DNA of 64,000 bases from Candidatus Ozemobacteraceae bacterium (GCA_965140445.1 OZ223236.1:1536001-1600000); one strand, 5' to 3'; positions 50,215 through 60,058 are shown, counted from the stretch's first letter. Notes: generated from the sequence alone by a model not told the origin. A program made the numbers and translations.

Positions 50215-50898
50215 ATGAAAATCAAGCATTATGCCAGAGTGTTGTTTCGTGAGTGGATTCTTCCACTTTTACTGATTATTGCAATAACAAGTCCTTTAAA
50301 ATCAGCTATTATAGATATGAATTACGTTCCCTCCGGATCTATGAAGCCAACTATTCTCGTTGGTGATAACCTTTTGATAAACAAGCTTGCGTATGATCTA
50401 AAGGTTCCGTTCACAACTTCCCATATAGCTAAATGGGGTGACCCTGTTCGTGGTGAGATTGTGGTCTTTTTTGGCCCGAAAGATGGTGTTCGTCTTGTTA
50501 AGCGTGTTGTTGGAATTCCCGGAGATAGAATTCAACTCAAAAACAATCATTTGATAATCAATGGAAAAGCGCTGAACTATAATCCCGCCATTTCTAACGA
50601 CCTTGATCCTGAGGAAGGGCGTCGCGTAGTTTGTGCCTTTGAGAAGCTTGGTGCCGTAGATCACCTGGTAATGGAGCAACCTTTGATCTGTGCGTTGAGA
50701 GATACAAAGGAAATTATTGTGCCCGCTGGCCATTATTTTATGATGGGTGACAACCGCGATAATAGCAAGGATTCAAGATTTTTTGGCTTTGTTCCCAGAG
50801 CCAATATTGTTGGTCGAGCAGAAAGAATCATTTATTCAAAACTGCCATGGAAGCTTTGTTTACCAAGGTGGGGGAGATTTTTTAAAGGGCTTATTTGA
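50215..50898 (+). CDS. lepB: signal peptidase I
   Basis: VPSGSMKPT, LVKRVVGIPGD, MGDNRDNSKDSR. Confidence 0.95.
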   Translation: MKIKHYARVLFREWILPLLLIIAITSPLKSAIIDMNYVPSGSMKPTILVGDNLLINKLAYDLKVPFTTSHIAKWGDPVRGEIVVFFGPKDGVRLVKRVVGIPGDRIQLKNNHLIINGKALNYNPAISNDLDPEEGRRVVCAFEKLGAVDHLVMEQPLICALRDTKEIIVPAGHYFMMGDNRDNSKDSRFFGFVPRANIVGRAERIIYSKLPWKLCLPRWGRFFKGLI

Positions 50899-50987
50899 TT
50901 AGGGTTTAACATTATTGGTTAAGAAAAGCTCGAATATTTGTTTGTGCTATAATTTGAGAATCCAAGCTTAAAAATAGGAAATTCTAA

Positions 50988-51794
50988 ATGAAATTTCTGC
51001 TGATAACCTTTTTCTCAATTTTGCTCTGCGTTACCGCATTACACGCTGATACTCAATTGCCAGCACTTTCAAATGATGATGTCCTGGGAACAGTTGGTTA
51101 TTACAGGTGGAGATATAATGATTTTATGTCCCGTCACCAGCACCTTGCCGAGCCTGATCCTGATAGGATTCCTGACTATTACCTCGATTATGGAGAAAAA
51201 TATATTAAAAGATTCTCCAACGTTCTTTATCCAAAGCTTTCTGAAAATGGTAAGAATTGGCTTGTTGCGGCACGTTTGAATTTGCAGTTAGCAATAGAAA
51301 ATCGCTGTAAAGCAAATAGGGCGGAGTTTGCGCGACTCGAAGAAAATCCCGTAAAGTTCAGAAAATTTGCTTTTGATACTCATCCTGGAGCTTATCTTGA
51401 TGCTGGCTTAGAGAATCTTCCTCTGTCAGATTTAATTAAAATTGGTCTCACTCCTGATTTCAAGGACTTAATTTCAAAAGATGGAGTCTCACAGATTTTT
51501 GCAATTTCCAGAAAACTTGGAAAAGGCTATTTAAAAAAAGTTTTTGCAGTCATCAAAAATGCTTACAAGTTAGCCCGCAATGAAATTAGAAATGGAAATC
51601 CAGAAGATGCCCTGGCCGCTGTTAATTACTTAGAAACACTATCATACAAGGACAGGGTAATTATAGGGATTCTCACCGGCAATTACAGAAAGATGTTGCA
51701 GGATTGTAAATTCATGAGCAGTCACTCTATTGATTCAACAGCTTACACTGATCTAATCGAGCGATTAGAATATCTAAGAAGTTTGAATAAGTAG
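50988..51794 (+). CDS. secreted hypothetical protein (stanniocalcin-like helical domain suspected)
   Basis: Signal peptide; YYLDYGEKY..RF, LSENGKNWL, AFDTHPGAYLDAGL. Confidence 0.7.
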   Translation: MKFLLITFFSILLCVTALHADTQLPALSNDDVLGTVGYYRWRYNDFMSRHQHLAEPDPDRIPDYYLDYGEKYIKRFSNVLYPKLSENGKNWLVAARLNLQLAIENRCKANRAEFARLEENPVKFRKFAFDTHPGAYLDAGLENLPLSDLIKIGLTPDFKDLISKDGVSQIFAISRKLGKGYLKKVFAVIKNAYKLARNEIRNGNPEDALAAVNYLETLSYKDRVIIGILTGNYRKMLQDCKFMSSHSIDSTAYTDLIERLEYLRSLNK

Positions 51795-51821
51795 AAGCTT
51801 AATTGTTTTCATAGTCCATTG

Positions 51822-51850
51822 TTGACAAGCCAGGTGGGAAAAAGTAACAT
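51822..51850 (+). promoter_or_regulatory. sigma-70 promoter of metal-uptake operon
   Basis: TTGACA-N17-TAACAT ending 9 nt before ATG 51860. Confidence 0.7.
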
Positions 51851-51859
51851 TTTTGTGTT

Positions 51860-52258
51860 ATGAAGTCTTACAAAAATAGAATTGTAAAAGCTTTTGGATT
51901 TATTCTCGCCATACAATTTTGTCTGTGGTCGATTATTTTTTCTTTTCATAACGCATTCGGCCATGAAACGCACTCTGGCAATGGCATAAGTGTCAGCCAT
52001 TGCTGCCACGAGCATTCATTTCATTGCCCAAATCAAGATTTTCAGAGAAAGATTCAGTCTATTGAACATATTGGTTCGGAAGAATGTAATATTTGTGCTT
52101 TTGCATCTCAACTTAATTCTTGTAGTTTTTCGTCTGTTGAAAACGGACTTTCTATTTTTGGTTCTGTTCGCGCAATTAACTTTTATTTATTTGCAAAAGT
52201 TGATTCTGACTATCTTCAGACTAATTCTCGTTCTCCACCTCAAATGATTGTTTCCTGA
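51860..52258 (+). CDS. His/Cys-rich DUF2946-like leader protein with CxxC and RSPP motif
   Basis: TM segment, HETH..HCCHEHSFHC, CNIC, C-terminal NSRSPP. Confidence 0.75.
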   Translation: MKSYKNRIVKAFGFILAIQFCLWSIIFSFHNAFGHETHSGNGISVSHCCHEHSFHCPNQDFQRKIQSIEHIGSEECNICAFASQLNSCSFSSVENGLSIFGSVRAINFYLFAKVDSDYLQTNSRSPPQMIVS

Positions 52259-52293
52259 AATTTTTAAACAATCTATATAGTTGAGGTTTTACC

Positions 52294-53736
52294 ATGCAAA
52301 TTAAGCGATTGGTGAATTATTCTTTGTTTCTGTTTTTAACTGTTTTTTTATTCTCCGGATCTGTATTGTCTGCCTCTGATTCAAGCATTTTAGAAGAACG
52401 AATGCGAAAATTGGAAGATCGGATGCTAAGAATGCAAAGTAGCTACCAGGCACAGATTAAATCATTACAAGAAGAGCTTAAAGCTCTTAAAGATGAAAAA
52501 AATTTAAAAGTAAATGCCTCCGGAACTTTGTCTGAAGAAGACGAGATTGCAGCACTAAGGCTAGATGCTGTGAATCTTAGTAAAACCGGGGATAGTCATA
52601 GCAACCTTCCCGAAGAGAAATCAGAAGACGAAAAAACATTTGTTGCTGGTAATCTTGGGTTGCAGGCCGAGAATCCTGAGATCAGTGTCACTGGTGACTT
52701 CATTTATAAAGTGCAAAGTGCAGATTTGCAGAAAAAGAATTCTGATGCATTTTTTAGAAGTCTGGGCTTACATTACGAAACGTATCTGGACCCTTATACT
52801 AGATTTAAAGCTGCTGTTCCGGTTCTGGAAAACAATTCTCTACTGGGAGAAGCTTATATAACAAGATTTGGCGTTTCACCCAGCTTAAACATTACCCTGG
52901 GAAAATTCCGACAGCAATTTGGAGTCGTAAATAGATGGCATCTCCACGGTCTGGATTTTGTTGAGTTTCCTTTAGCCCTGCGTCGTCTTTTTGGAGATGG
53001 CGGTTTAAACCAAAACGGTGTTTCGTTTGACTTCCAGCTTGGAGGCAATGGCAAAGACAGTCATGAGCTAACCCTGCAGTTAACAGAAGCTACCAATGCA
53101 GTTCAATTTGGTGGAAATGAGCGAGGGGCCCCTGCTTTGTTAGCCCACTTAAAATCATTTAGAGACATTGACCAGGATCGTTATCGTGAATATGGAATTA
53201 CTGCTATGGCTGGAGTAAATGATACCTGGAAAACTAATAGCGGCGCTGGCATTACTACTATTGATCGCTCCAGGCCAGTTGCTCTAGTTGGTCTTGATTT
53301 TACTTATCTATGGGAACCGGCTGATAATATGCGTTACAAAAACTTTTTGTGGCGGACAGAGTTTTATGGGATGAAAAAGGAAATTTTAACCCCGGACACC
53401 GGTGCCAGAGATAGCGTCTTGGCTTGGGGCGGCTATACAAATTTTCAATGGAAACAAAACCGGCAGCTTGAAACCGGTGTGAGACTGGATTACTTCAAGC
53501 CTGACCACAAAAAATATGCTGGATTAGCAGGTTTGTCTCTATCACCACTGGCATTTTCAGATAGCAATCCTTCAGAGTGGCAGATTAGCCCGTATTTAAC
53601 CTGGCATCAAAGTCCTTGGGTAAGATATAGACTTGGTCTGGATTATAAGTCTGGGCACAATACCGGTCCAGATGAAAGAAGAGTGACCCTGCAATGTATA
53701 TGGGCAGCCGGACCTCATAAACATGACAAATACTAG
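52294..53736 (+). CDS. outer-membrane porin-like protein associated with metal ABC uptake
   Basis: Signal peptide, coiled coil, ENPEISV, LDPY, GKFRQQFG..NRWHLH, C-terminal GPHKHDKY. Confidence 0.8.
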   Translation: MQIKRLVNYSLFLFLTVFLFSGSVLSASDSSILEERMRKLEDRMLRMQSSYQAQIKSLQEELKALKDEKNLKVNASGTLSEEDEIAALRLDAVNLSKTGDSHSNLPEEKSEDEKTFVAGNLGLQAENPEISVTGDFIYKVQSADLQKKNSDAFFRSLGLHYETYLDPYTRFKAAVPVLENNSLLGEAYITRFGVSPSLNITLGKFRQQFGVVNRWHLHGLDFVEFPLALRRLFGDGGLNQNGVSFDFQLGGNGKDSHELTLQLTEATNAVQFGGNERGAPALLAHLKSFRDIDQDRYREYGITAMAGVNDTWKTNSGAGITTIDRSRPVALVGLDFTYLWEPADNMRYKNFLWRTEFYGMKKEILTPDTGARDSVLAWGGYTNFQWKQNRQLETGVRLDYFKPDHKKYAGLAGLSLSPLAFSDSNPSEWQISPYLTWHQSPWVRYRLGLDYKSGHNTGPDERRVTLQCIWAAGPHKHDKY

Positions 53737-53757
53737 ATTACTAAGAAGGAAGCCATA

Positions 53758-54816
53758 ATGAATATCCAAAAAATATATATACTATTTTCTTTGTTGATAG
53801 TTTGCCTTTTAGTTCCTGTTAAAAGCTTTGCAATTCTTAATGTTGTTACAACCATTTCTGACTATGCTGACTTTACCAGCAGAATCGGAGGAGACCTTGT
53901 TCAGGTTCAGGCACTTGTAGCAGGAACTCAAGATGCTCATTTTATAAGGCCTCGTCCGTCCTTCGTTGAAGCTTTGCGAAAAGCAGATATGCTTGTTGCT
54001 ACGGGACTGGACTTGGAGATGTGGTTGCCATCTGCAGTAGATAAGTCAGGTAACCGTAAAATCAGAAGTGGTGAAAAAGGCTATGTTTCGGTAGCATCTG
54101 GAATGCTATTGAAGGATAAGCCGGTAAGCTTGTCCAAAATAGACGGCGGGCTACACCTTTATGGGAATCCACATATTACTGTAAGTCCATTAAATATTTT
54201 TACCATTATTGAAAACATTAAAATTGGATTATGTAAAAATGCGCCTGAAAGTAGAGACGTTTTCGAAAAAAATGCTGAAAAAATCAAGAATGAGATAAGT
54301 ACAAAGCTTTATGGGGAACCATTGAACAGGGTTCTTGGGCGTGATGCCTTAATAAGCCTCCATCGTAGCGGAAAACTCTTTGATTTTCTTCAGAAGCGAT
54401 CTTTTAAAGATAAGCCTTTGATTAAAATCGCTGGTGGCTGGTATGAGAAAATGATCCCGCTAAGAGGAGCTAAGGTTGTCACTTATCACAAAAACTGGCG
54501 CTATTTAATTGATGACTTTGGAATGATAGAAGGTGGCTTTATTGAGCCTAAACCGGGTATTCCTCCCTCTCCAAGGCATATAAGAGATCTTCAGGAGAAA
54601 ATGAAGAAAGAGAATATCAAACTGATTATCGCCGCTAACTATTTTGACAAGAAGACTGTAGACCGAATTTCAGAATCAACAGGTGCTAGAAATGTAATGT
54701 TGCCATATTATGTTGGCGGAAAAAAAGATTTGCAAACCTGGGAAGAGCTTTTTGATTTTTGGGTCCAATCTATAACCAGAGCTTATAACGGGGGAGAAGA
54801 TGAAATCCCCAATTAA
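53758..54816 (+). CDS. metal ABC transporter substrate-binding protein (ZnuA/TroA family)
   Basis: VVTT, QDAHF, GLDLE, GNPH, TYHKNW, EPKPGIPPSPRH. Confidence 0.92.
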   Translation: MNIQKIYILFSLLIVCLLVPVKSFAILNVVTTISDYADFTSRIGGDLVQVQALVAGTQDAHFIRPRPSFVEALRKADMLVATGLDLEMWLPSAVDKSGNRKIRSGEKGYVSVASGMLLKDKPVSLSKIDGGLHLYGNPHITVSPLNIFTIIENIKIGLCKNAPESRDVFEKNAEKIKNEISTKLYGEPLNRVLGRDALISLHRSGKLFDFLQKRSFKDKPLIKIAGGWYEKMIPLRGAKVVTYHKNWRYLIDDFGMIEGGFIEPKPGIPPSPRHIRDLQEKMKKENIKLIIAANYFDKKTVDRISESTGARNVMLPYYVGGKKDLQTWEELFDFWVQSITRAYNGGEDEIPN

Positions 54817-55516
54817 TGAAGAAGATGTCATTCGCTGTAAAGGTCTCGCAATTGGCTATGACAATGAACCTGTTATAAGTGACATTAATTTATGTATCAG
54901 GTCCGGAGACTATTTGCCATTTATAGGCCCCAATGGCGCAGGAAAAACTACTTTGTTGCGAACCTTTCTTGGCCTTATTGAGCCTGTTTCTGGCGAATTA
55001 TCTTATCCAGGACAACGAAAACCGCCTGGATATGTTCCCCAGATTTCAACCCTGGAAAAGCTGTATCCTGTTTCGGCAAGAGAAGTCATCAATATGGGAT
55101 TTTATCCTCTTATTGGCTTTTGGGGATCAATAACCAAAGAAATGGATCTGGAAGTTGATAAACTTGTTGAGCGCTTTCATTTAAGTGAACACATCAACAG
55201 GCCAATAGAAGAGCTATCTGGGGGAATGAGACAAAAGGTTCTCATTGCGCGAGCACTCGTTTCTGGTGCAGATATTTTAATTATGGATGAACCTGCTTCT
55301 AATCTGGACGAAGAGTCCGAGATGGATCTGGTTAAATTGCTATATGACATATCTAAGGTTGAAAGAAAGACCGTTTTGTTTGCCCAGCATGGAATAGCTC
55401 CAGTTCTTAATTTTGCGACTCGAGTCTGCTACTTTTCTCAGGGTAAGGTTGAATTGATCCCGATGACTGAATTAAGCAAGCGAACTCATTTTCCCGCAAT
55501 TAGAAAGGATGTTTGA
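54800..55516 (+). CDS. metal ABC transporter ATP-binding protein
   Basis: GPNGAGKTT, GYVPQ, LSGGMRQK, IMDEP. Confidence 0.95.
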   Translation: MKSPINEEDVIRCKGLAIGYDNEPVISDINLCIRSGDYLPFIGPNGAGKTTLLRTFLGLIEPVSGELSYPGQRKPPGYVPQISTLEKLYPVSAREVINMGFYPLIGFWGSITKEMDLEVDKLVERFHLSEHINRPIEELSGGMRQKVLIARALVSGADILIMDEPASNLDEESEMDLVKLLYDISKVERKTVLFAQHGIAPVLNFATRVCYFSQGKVELIPMTELSKRTHFPAIRKDV

Positions 55517-55519
55517 ATT

Positions 55520-56674
55520 ATGTTTAATTCAGGCACTTTGAATGCAATTGTTGACTTGTACGGCGCTGCATTGCCAGCAACAATTCTTATGGCGATTACC
55601 TTTTCTTTTTTTGGAGTTTTTGTTGTTCTAAAAAGAATTGTTTTCATTGGAATTACCTTGTCGGAAGTTGCCGCTTTTGGTGTGGCTATTTCTTTAATAT
55701 ATGGCATTCAGCCATTCATTGGAGCTGCAGTTTCATGCCTTGCTGTGGTTGGTATATTAGCTTATCCCTATGAATCATCTCGTGTTCCGCGAGATACCGT
55801 TTTGGGAACCATTTTTATTTTTGCCTCGGGAATGAGCATTTTACTGGTCTCCAGAAGCGGTTTTGGATTGGAAAAAGTTAAAGCTTTGCTTTATGGAAAC
55901 CTGCTTTTTGCCTCTAATTATGATTTATTGACGATTTCTTTGGTGATGTTACCAGCAATAATTGGTTTGACGGTTCTTTATAGGCCGCTGCTGTATTCCT
56001 TTCTTGATCGAGAAGTTGCTCTTACATTAGGAATAAACGTCTGGCGTTTTGAAATGATTTTCTTTATAAGCCTGGGGTTAATTGTTGCATCTTCATCCAA
56101 GATTGCAGGGGTAATGCTGGTTTTTTGTTATCTCGTAGTGCCACCAGCTACAGCGCTGGTGTTTTCAAGGAAGATGAAGGTTGTTATTCCTTTGGCTTGC
56201 TCAATTTCAGTGGTCTGTACATTGCTTGGAATTGTTACTTCGTATAATGCTGATTTGCCGCCAAATCAACTTGTTGCTGCCATTAGCTGCTGTTTTTTTC
56301 TGATTGCAGTAGTTTTTAATCAAATCCGGCATAAATTTAATGTGAAAGTAGCTTATGTGTTAACTATAGTCTCTTTCTGTTTTTTGTTGCTTTTTTTGAA
56401 TTCATTAAAAATCTCGTCCTCTGTTGAACTTGTTTCAGGAATAGTTACCGATAAAGAAGTTGGAGAAAAACTGGTTAAAAAAACAGAATTTGCTTCAACT
56501 TCCAAAAAAAGTCTGGACTGGGTAGAAGAAATAGAAAAGATGAAGACGAAGTTGAATAAGAATAACGAGGATGGAAAGAAGTATGGAAAACTACTGCTTT
56601 CTTATGAGCCCCCAGAGTTTTTCAAACAGGAGATAATTGATTCTTTAGCAAATTTCCAGAAATCTGTTAAATAA
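55520..56674 (+). CDS. metal ABC transporter permease (ZnuB/ABC-3 family)
   Basis: GVFVVLKRIVF, LLYGNLL, SFLDREVA, GVMLVFCYLVVPPATA. Confidence 0.92.
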   Translation: MFNSGTLNAIVDLYGAALPATILMAITFSFFGVFVVLKRIVFIGITLSEVAAFGVAISLIYGIQPFIGAAVSCLAVVGILAYPYESSRVPRDTVLGTIFIFASGMSILLVSRSGFGLEKVKALLYGNLLFASNYDLLTISLVMLPAIIGLTVLYRPLLYSFLDREVALTLGINVWRFEMIFFISLGLIVASSSKIAGVMLVFCYLVVPPATALVFSRKMKVVIPLACSISVVCTLLGIVTSYNADLPPNQLVAAISCCFFLIAVVFNQIRHKFNVKVAYVLTIVSFCFLLLFLNSLKISSSVELVSGIVTDKEVGEKLVKKTEFASTSKKSLDWVEEIEKMKTKLNKNNEDGKKYGKLLLSYEPPEFFKQEIIDSLANFQKSVK

Positions 56675-56723
56675 AAAAGCCCGCTCTGGAGTGACTAGTG
56701 CACTTTAGAGCGGGCTTTTTTTT
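56673..56723. terminator. bidirectional intrinsic terminator
   Basis: A6-GCCCGCTCT...AGAGCGGGC-T8. Confidence 0.9.
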
Positions 56724-56728
56724 GTTTT

Positions 56729-57586
56729 TTATTTCATTTTTGAGAGAAATTTTTCCATATCAATGTTGATTTGATCAATGTCAGATCTAAGCTTGTCACA
56801 AGCTTTCATCCAATATTTTGTAGAGCAGTTTCTGGAATGCCAGCTTTTTACAACTGCAGCTTTAGCAGCGGCTTTAAAATATTTAATGCAGTATTTCAAG
56901 CGCCATGCCGGGAAATTTGCCAATCCGCCGCTACCGACTTTTGTGGAAGCAAGTCCAGCTGCACTTCCAGCAGACATAAGTGCTGATGCTGCATTTTTCC
57001 AGGTTTCTCTTGCTGTTTCAGGGTTGATATTTGAAGGGATAGAAACCTTAGCCATTTTTTCTTTAACTGGAATAAAGCCAGTCTGAATGTTTTTGAACCA
57101 GATATTGTCAAAAACCAATCCTTCAGGATACGCCCAATATTTTAGTTCTTCCAGACCTTTATCACAGGCTTCTGCAAAATCTCGGCAAAGGAACGCGAAA
57201 ACTTTTTCGTTTCCTGATTTTTCGCTATATAGCTGAGAACCAATCTCGAGTCTTTTCTGGAAATATTTTGCTCCAAGCTCAAGACGAACTGGAAATCTAA
57301 ATTTCTCAAGCATTGCAGTGAGGATTTCATTTCCAATTTTTGATTTTGAGGCTGCAACTTTATAAAGTTCTTCATAGCTAAGTTTTTCAAGCCCTTGTGG
57401 TCTTTGCTGTGGAAATCCGTTTTTTGCGCTAAATGGTGAAAGAAGACCTGTTAACTGCTTAACTGATTTTTCTATGGGCGCGTCATAAACTGTTCCATAG
57501 GTCATTCCAGCCTGGGCATTTGCAATGCCTGCAGTAAAAAGCAACACTGAAAAAACAAGGCATAGGCCTATAAAGTTGATTTTCAT
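56729..57586 (-). CDS. secreted alpha-helical hypothetical protein
   Basis: ATG 57586 with GGAGGA; signal peptide ending ANA. Confidence 0.7.
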   Translation of the reverse strand: MKINFIGLCLVFSVLLFTAGIANAQAGMTYGTVYDAPIEKSVKQLTGLLSPFSAKNGFPQQRPQGLEKLSYEELYKVAASKSKIGNEILTAMLEKFRFPVRLELGAKYFQKRLEIGSQLYSEKSGNEKVFAFLCRDFAEACDKGLEELKYWAYPEGLVFDNIWFKNIQTGFIPVKEKMAKVSIPSNINPETARETWKNAASALMSAGSAAGLASTKVGSGGLANFPAWRLKYCIKYFKAAAKAAVVKSWHSRNCSTKYWMKACDKLRSDIDQINIDMEKFLSKMK

Positions 57587-57732
57587 CCTTTTCCTCCAAA
57601 ACACTATTTTTTTGCATTGTAGCATTTGATATTTTCTCAATCAATTAAATTAAATCAAAAATGTTATGAAAATAGGCGTATATTAAAGCTATGTAAAATG
57701 TCTGAAATTATTCAGTTTAAGGATGTTATGTA

Positions 57733-58143
57733 ATGAATGCGAAACAAAATCTTAAGTGCATTTTAGAATCGTTGTTTAATGAATGCGATGCAAAAATGGT
57801 TCCAGCATCTGAGGAGCAAATCGAACGCTTTGTTGATGAATCACAGTTAAGAGGCTTTTCGGAAGATGTAATTGATGAGCTTTGTGAGTTTTATGGAATC
57901 ACTAATGGAATTCCTTGTCTGAATGGTTTTGATTTTCATGCTTGCGATGATATGGCTCTTTTTGAATGGTACAAAGATCAAGAATTGTGGCTGGGGCAAA
58001 GAGACCTTTATACTCTACGTTGGGCAAACGGCCTTTTTTGCCTTGGAGATTCGAGCAATGTTAGTTTTTCAAAAGAGCATGAGTATAAAACCTTAGTCGA
58101 CTTGCTGGATGGCTCTATAAAAGAGTGGGGCGCAAAACCCTAA
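57733..58143 (+). CDS. SMI1/KNR4 (SUKH)-like protein
   Basis: PASEEQIERF...ELCEFYGITNG resembles the SUKH N-terminal motif; acidic. Confidence 0.55.
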   Translation: MNAKQNLKCILESLFNECDAKMVPASEEQIERFVDESQLRGFSEDVIDELCEFYGITNGIPCLNGFDFHACDDMALFEWYKDQELWLGQRDLYTLRWANGLFCLGDSSNVSFSKEHEYKTLVDLLDGSIKEWGAKP

Positions 58144-59405
58144 TTTGATATTGATACGCGAACTTTTGCTGCTCGCAATCCCTGTGTTTGTTCTACAGTA
58201 AAGGTCAGTCGTTCAAAAACAATTTTGTCCCGTTCTTTTGGAAAGTCGCCTTTTAAATAGGTTAAAAGACCATTTACGGTATTGTTTTTTCGCGTAATCT
58301 GATTTGGAAACTCAATTCCAGTGAATACTTCAAGCTCTTCCAGAGCGGCTCTGCCGCGGACTTCAAATTCCTGGTCGCTAATCTTTTTAATGGTCAGGAC
58401 TGATTCCTCATCATATTCGTCATGTATAAGGCCAAAGATTCTTTCAATTATATCTTCTAAGGTTATAAGGCCAGCTGCCGTTCCAAATTCGTCAACTATG
58501 ATTGCTATATGAATCTTTTTTAATCTCATTGATTCAAACAGCATGCCTACGCTCATTGATTCAGGTGCATAAAAAGGGATATGGCAATGTTCTGTAATTT
58601 TAAAGTTATCATCATGGCAAATTCTCTTTGAAAGCAATTCCTTTATATTAAAAATGCCCACGATATTATCTATGGTGTCGCTATAAACTGGCATTCGAGT
58701 ATACATGTGCTGACTTATTTCCAATTGCAGCTCAGGTAGAGTTATGTTTTCAGGAACGCCAGCCATCTGACGTCTTGGAATCATTATATCCTTGGCTTCA
58801 AGGTCGTTAAATCTGGCTGAACGAGTAAGTAATTTTCTTTCAAGCTCATCTATATAACCTGCGCTTGCGCTGTATTTTGCCATGTAAAGAAGTTCCTGAA
58901 TAGTTGGAGCTTCGCCGGCATCATTTTTTACTGGAACAAGTTTCATCAGGAGATGGCTAAAAGCTTCCATAAAAGCTGTAACAGGTTTTAATGCGCTTAC
59001 AATTATTCTAAGTGGATAGGAAACCATCTGCATCCATCTATTTGCAAAGGTGACACCAAAATGCTTGGGGACAACTTCACCAAAAATCAGTAAGAAGATA
59101 ATTGTAATTATTGAGGCAACAAGGGGGCCAAGATTTGCTGAAAGAATTCCGGATTTTACCAGCAACTGATCAAAAAAGGCTCCGGCATAAACCGCCAATA
59201 CAGTATTTACAATGTTGTTTCCTACCAGAATTGCGGCAATAACGCTGCGTTTTCTTTTAATAAGATCCTGAAGAATCAGTACACTTTTGCTTTTTTTCTG
59301 GTTCATGAGGCGAACCTCATTTACTGAAGTGAATGCAGTTTCTGTGCCTGAAAAAATGCCTGAAACTATTAGTAAAACGGTAAAAAATCCGAGAGTAAAT
59401 AACAT
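58140..59405 (-). CDS. hemolysin family / CNNM protein (DUF21-CBS-CorC)
   Basis: FSGTETAF, ILVGNNIVN, FGEVVPK, MIPR, YTRMPVY, VDEFG..GLITLEDIIE. Confidence 0.93.
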   Translation of the reverse strand: MLFTLGFFTVLLIVSGIFSGTETAFTSVNEVRLMNQKKSKSVLILQDLIKRKRSVIAAILVGNNIVNTVLAVYAGAFFDQLLVKSGILSANLGPLVASIITIIFLLIFGEVVPKHFGVTFANRWMQMVSYPLRIIVSALKPVTAFMEAFSHLLMKLVPVKNDAGEAPTIQELLYMAKYSASAGYIDELERKLLTRSARFNDLEAKDIMIPRRQMAGVPENITLPELQLEISQHMYTRMPVYSDTIDNIVGIFNIKELLSKRICHDDNFKITEHCHIPFYAPESMSVGMLFESMRLKKIHIAIIVDEFGTAAGLITLEDIIERIFGLIHDEYDEESVLTIKKISDQEFEVRGRAALEELEVFTGIEFPNQITRKNNTVNGLLTYLKGDFPKERDKIVFERLTFTVEQTQGLRAAKVRVSISN

Positions 59406-59457
59406 TTAGGTCTGTCCTTGCTAGTTTATTCCAAATTGATTAAGTGTTTTTATCTTC

Positions 59458-59934
59458 TTATTTTTTAAAAAAAGAAGACAGTTTTTGTAAAAAGCCTTTT
59501 GGCTCATCATCCATCATGGGCGCTGGTTCTTCTATAAGCCTGGCCTCATTTTCTGCTTTTTCAAGCGCAGCTTCTATCTGCTGTGCAACGGGTAGAATTT
59601 GTTCCTTGACCACCGTTTTTTGCTCATCAATAAGTGTTTGAGGGATATCGCCATAACTTCTAATATACTTAACTATTTCGGCCAGTTTTTCAAGAAAGCC
59701 TTCAGAAAGAATCAGCATTGCCCGGATATTCTTATAGTCCTTATTCTTTTCAAATTTTTCCAGATGATGTTGAAACAAATCCAGCTGTCTTTTCAATGCC
59801 TTTTCCAGATCCATAAAAACCAAAACCGCTTTTTCAGGCTCCATAGCTGGCAAATTCAAAAACAACTTGGTATAAATCTTTTTAATATCGGCCACAGCCG
59901 CCCACATAATCTGAATAAAAATAATGCTTTCCAT
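59458..59934 (-). CDS. hypothetical helical protein
   Basis: 158-aa ORF co-oriented with the CNNM gene. Confidence 0.6.
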   Translation of the reverse strand: MESIIFIQIMWAAVADIKKIYTKLFLNLPAMEPEKAVLVFMDLEKALKRQLDLFQHHLEKFEKNKDYKNIRAMLILSEGFLEKLAEIVKYIRSYGDIPQTLIDEQKTVVKEQILPVAQQIEAALEKAENEARLIEEPAPMMDDEPKGFLQKLSSFFKK

Positions 59935-60058
59935 GCCAAAATTGTAGCATAATTGCGGCGGGGAAGTTGAGGAGGAATTGTGGGGTAAATTAAATAATAC
60001 AAAGAAAAGGGTAGATAGTGTTTAATATATTTTATACAAGATTTTAGGGACAAATTTA

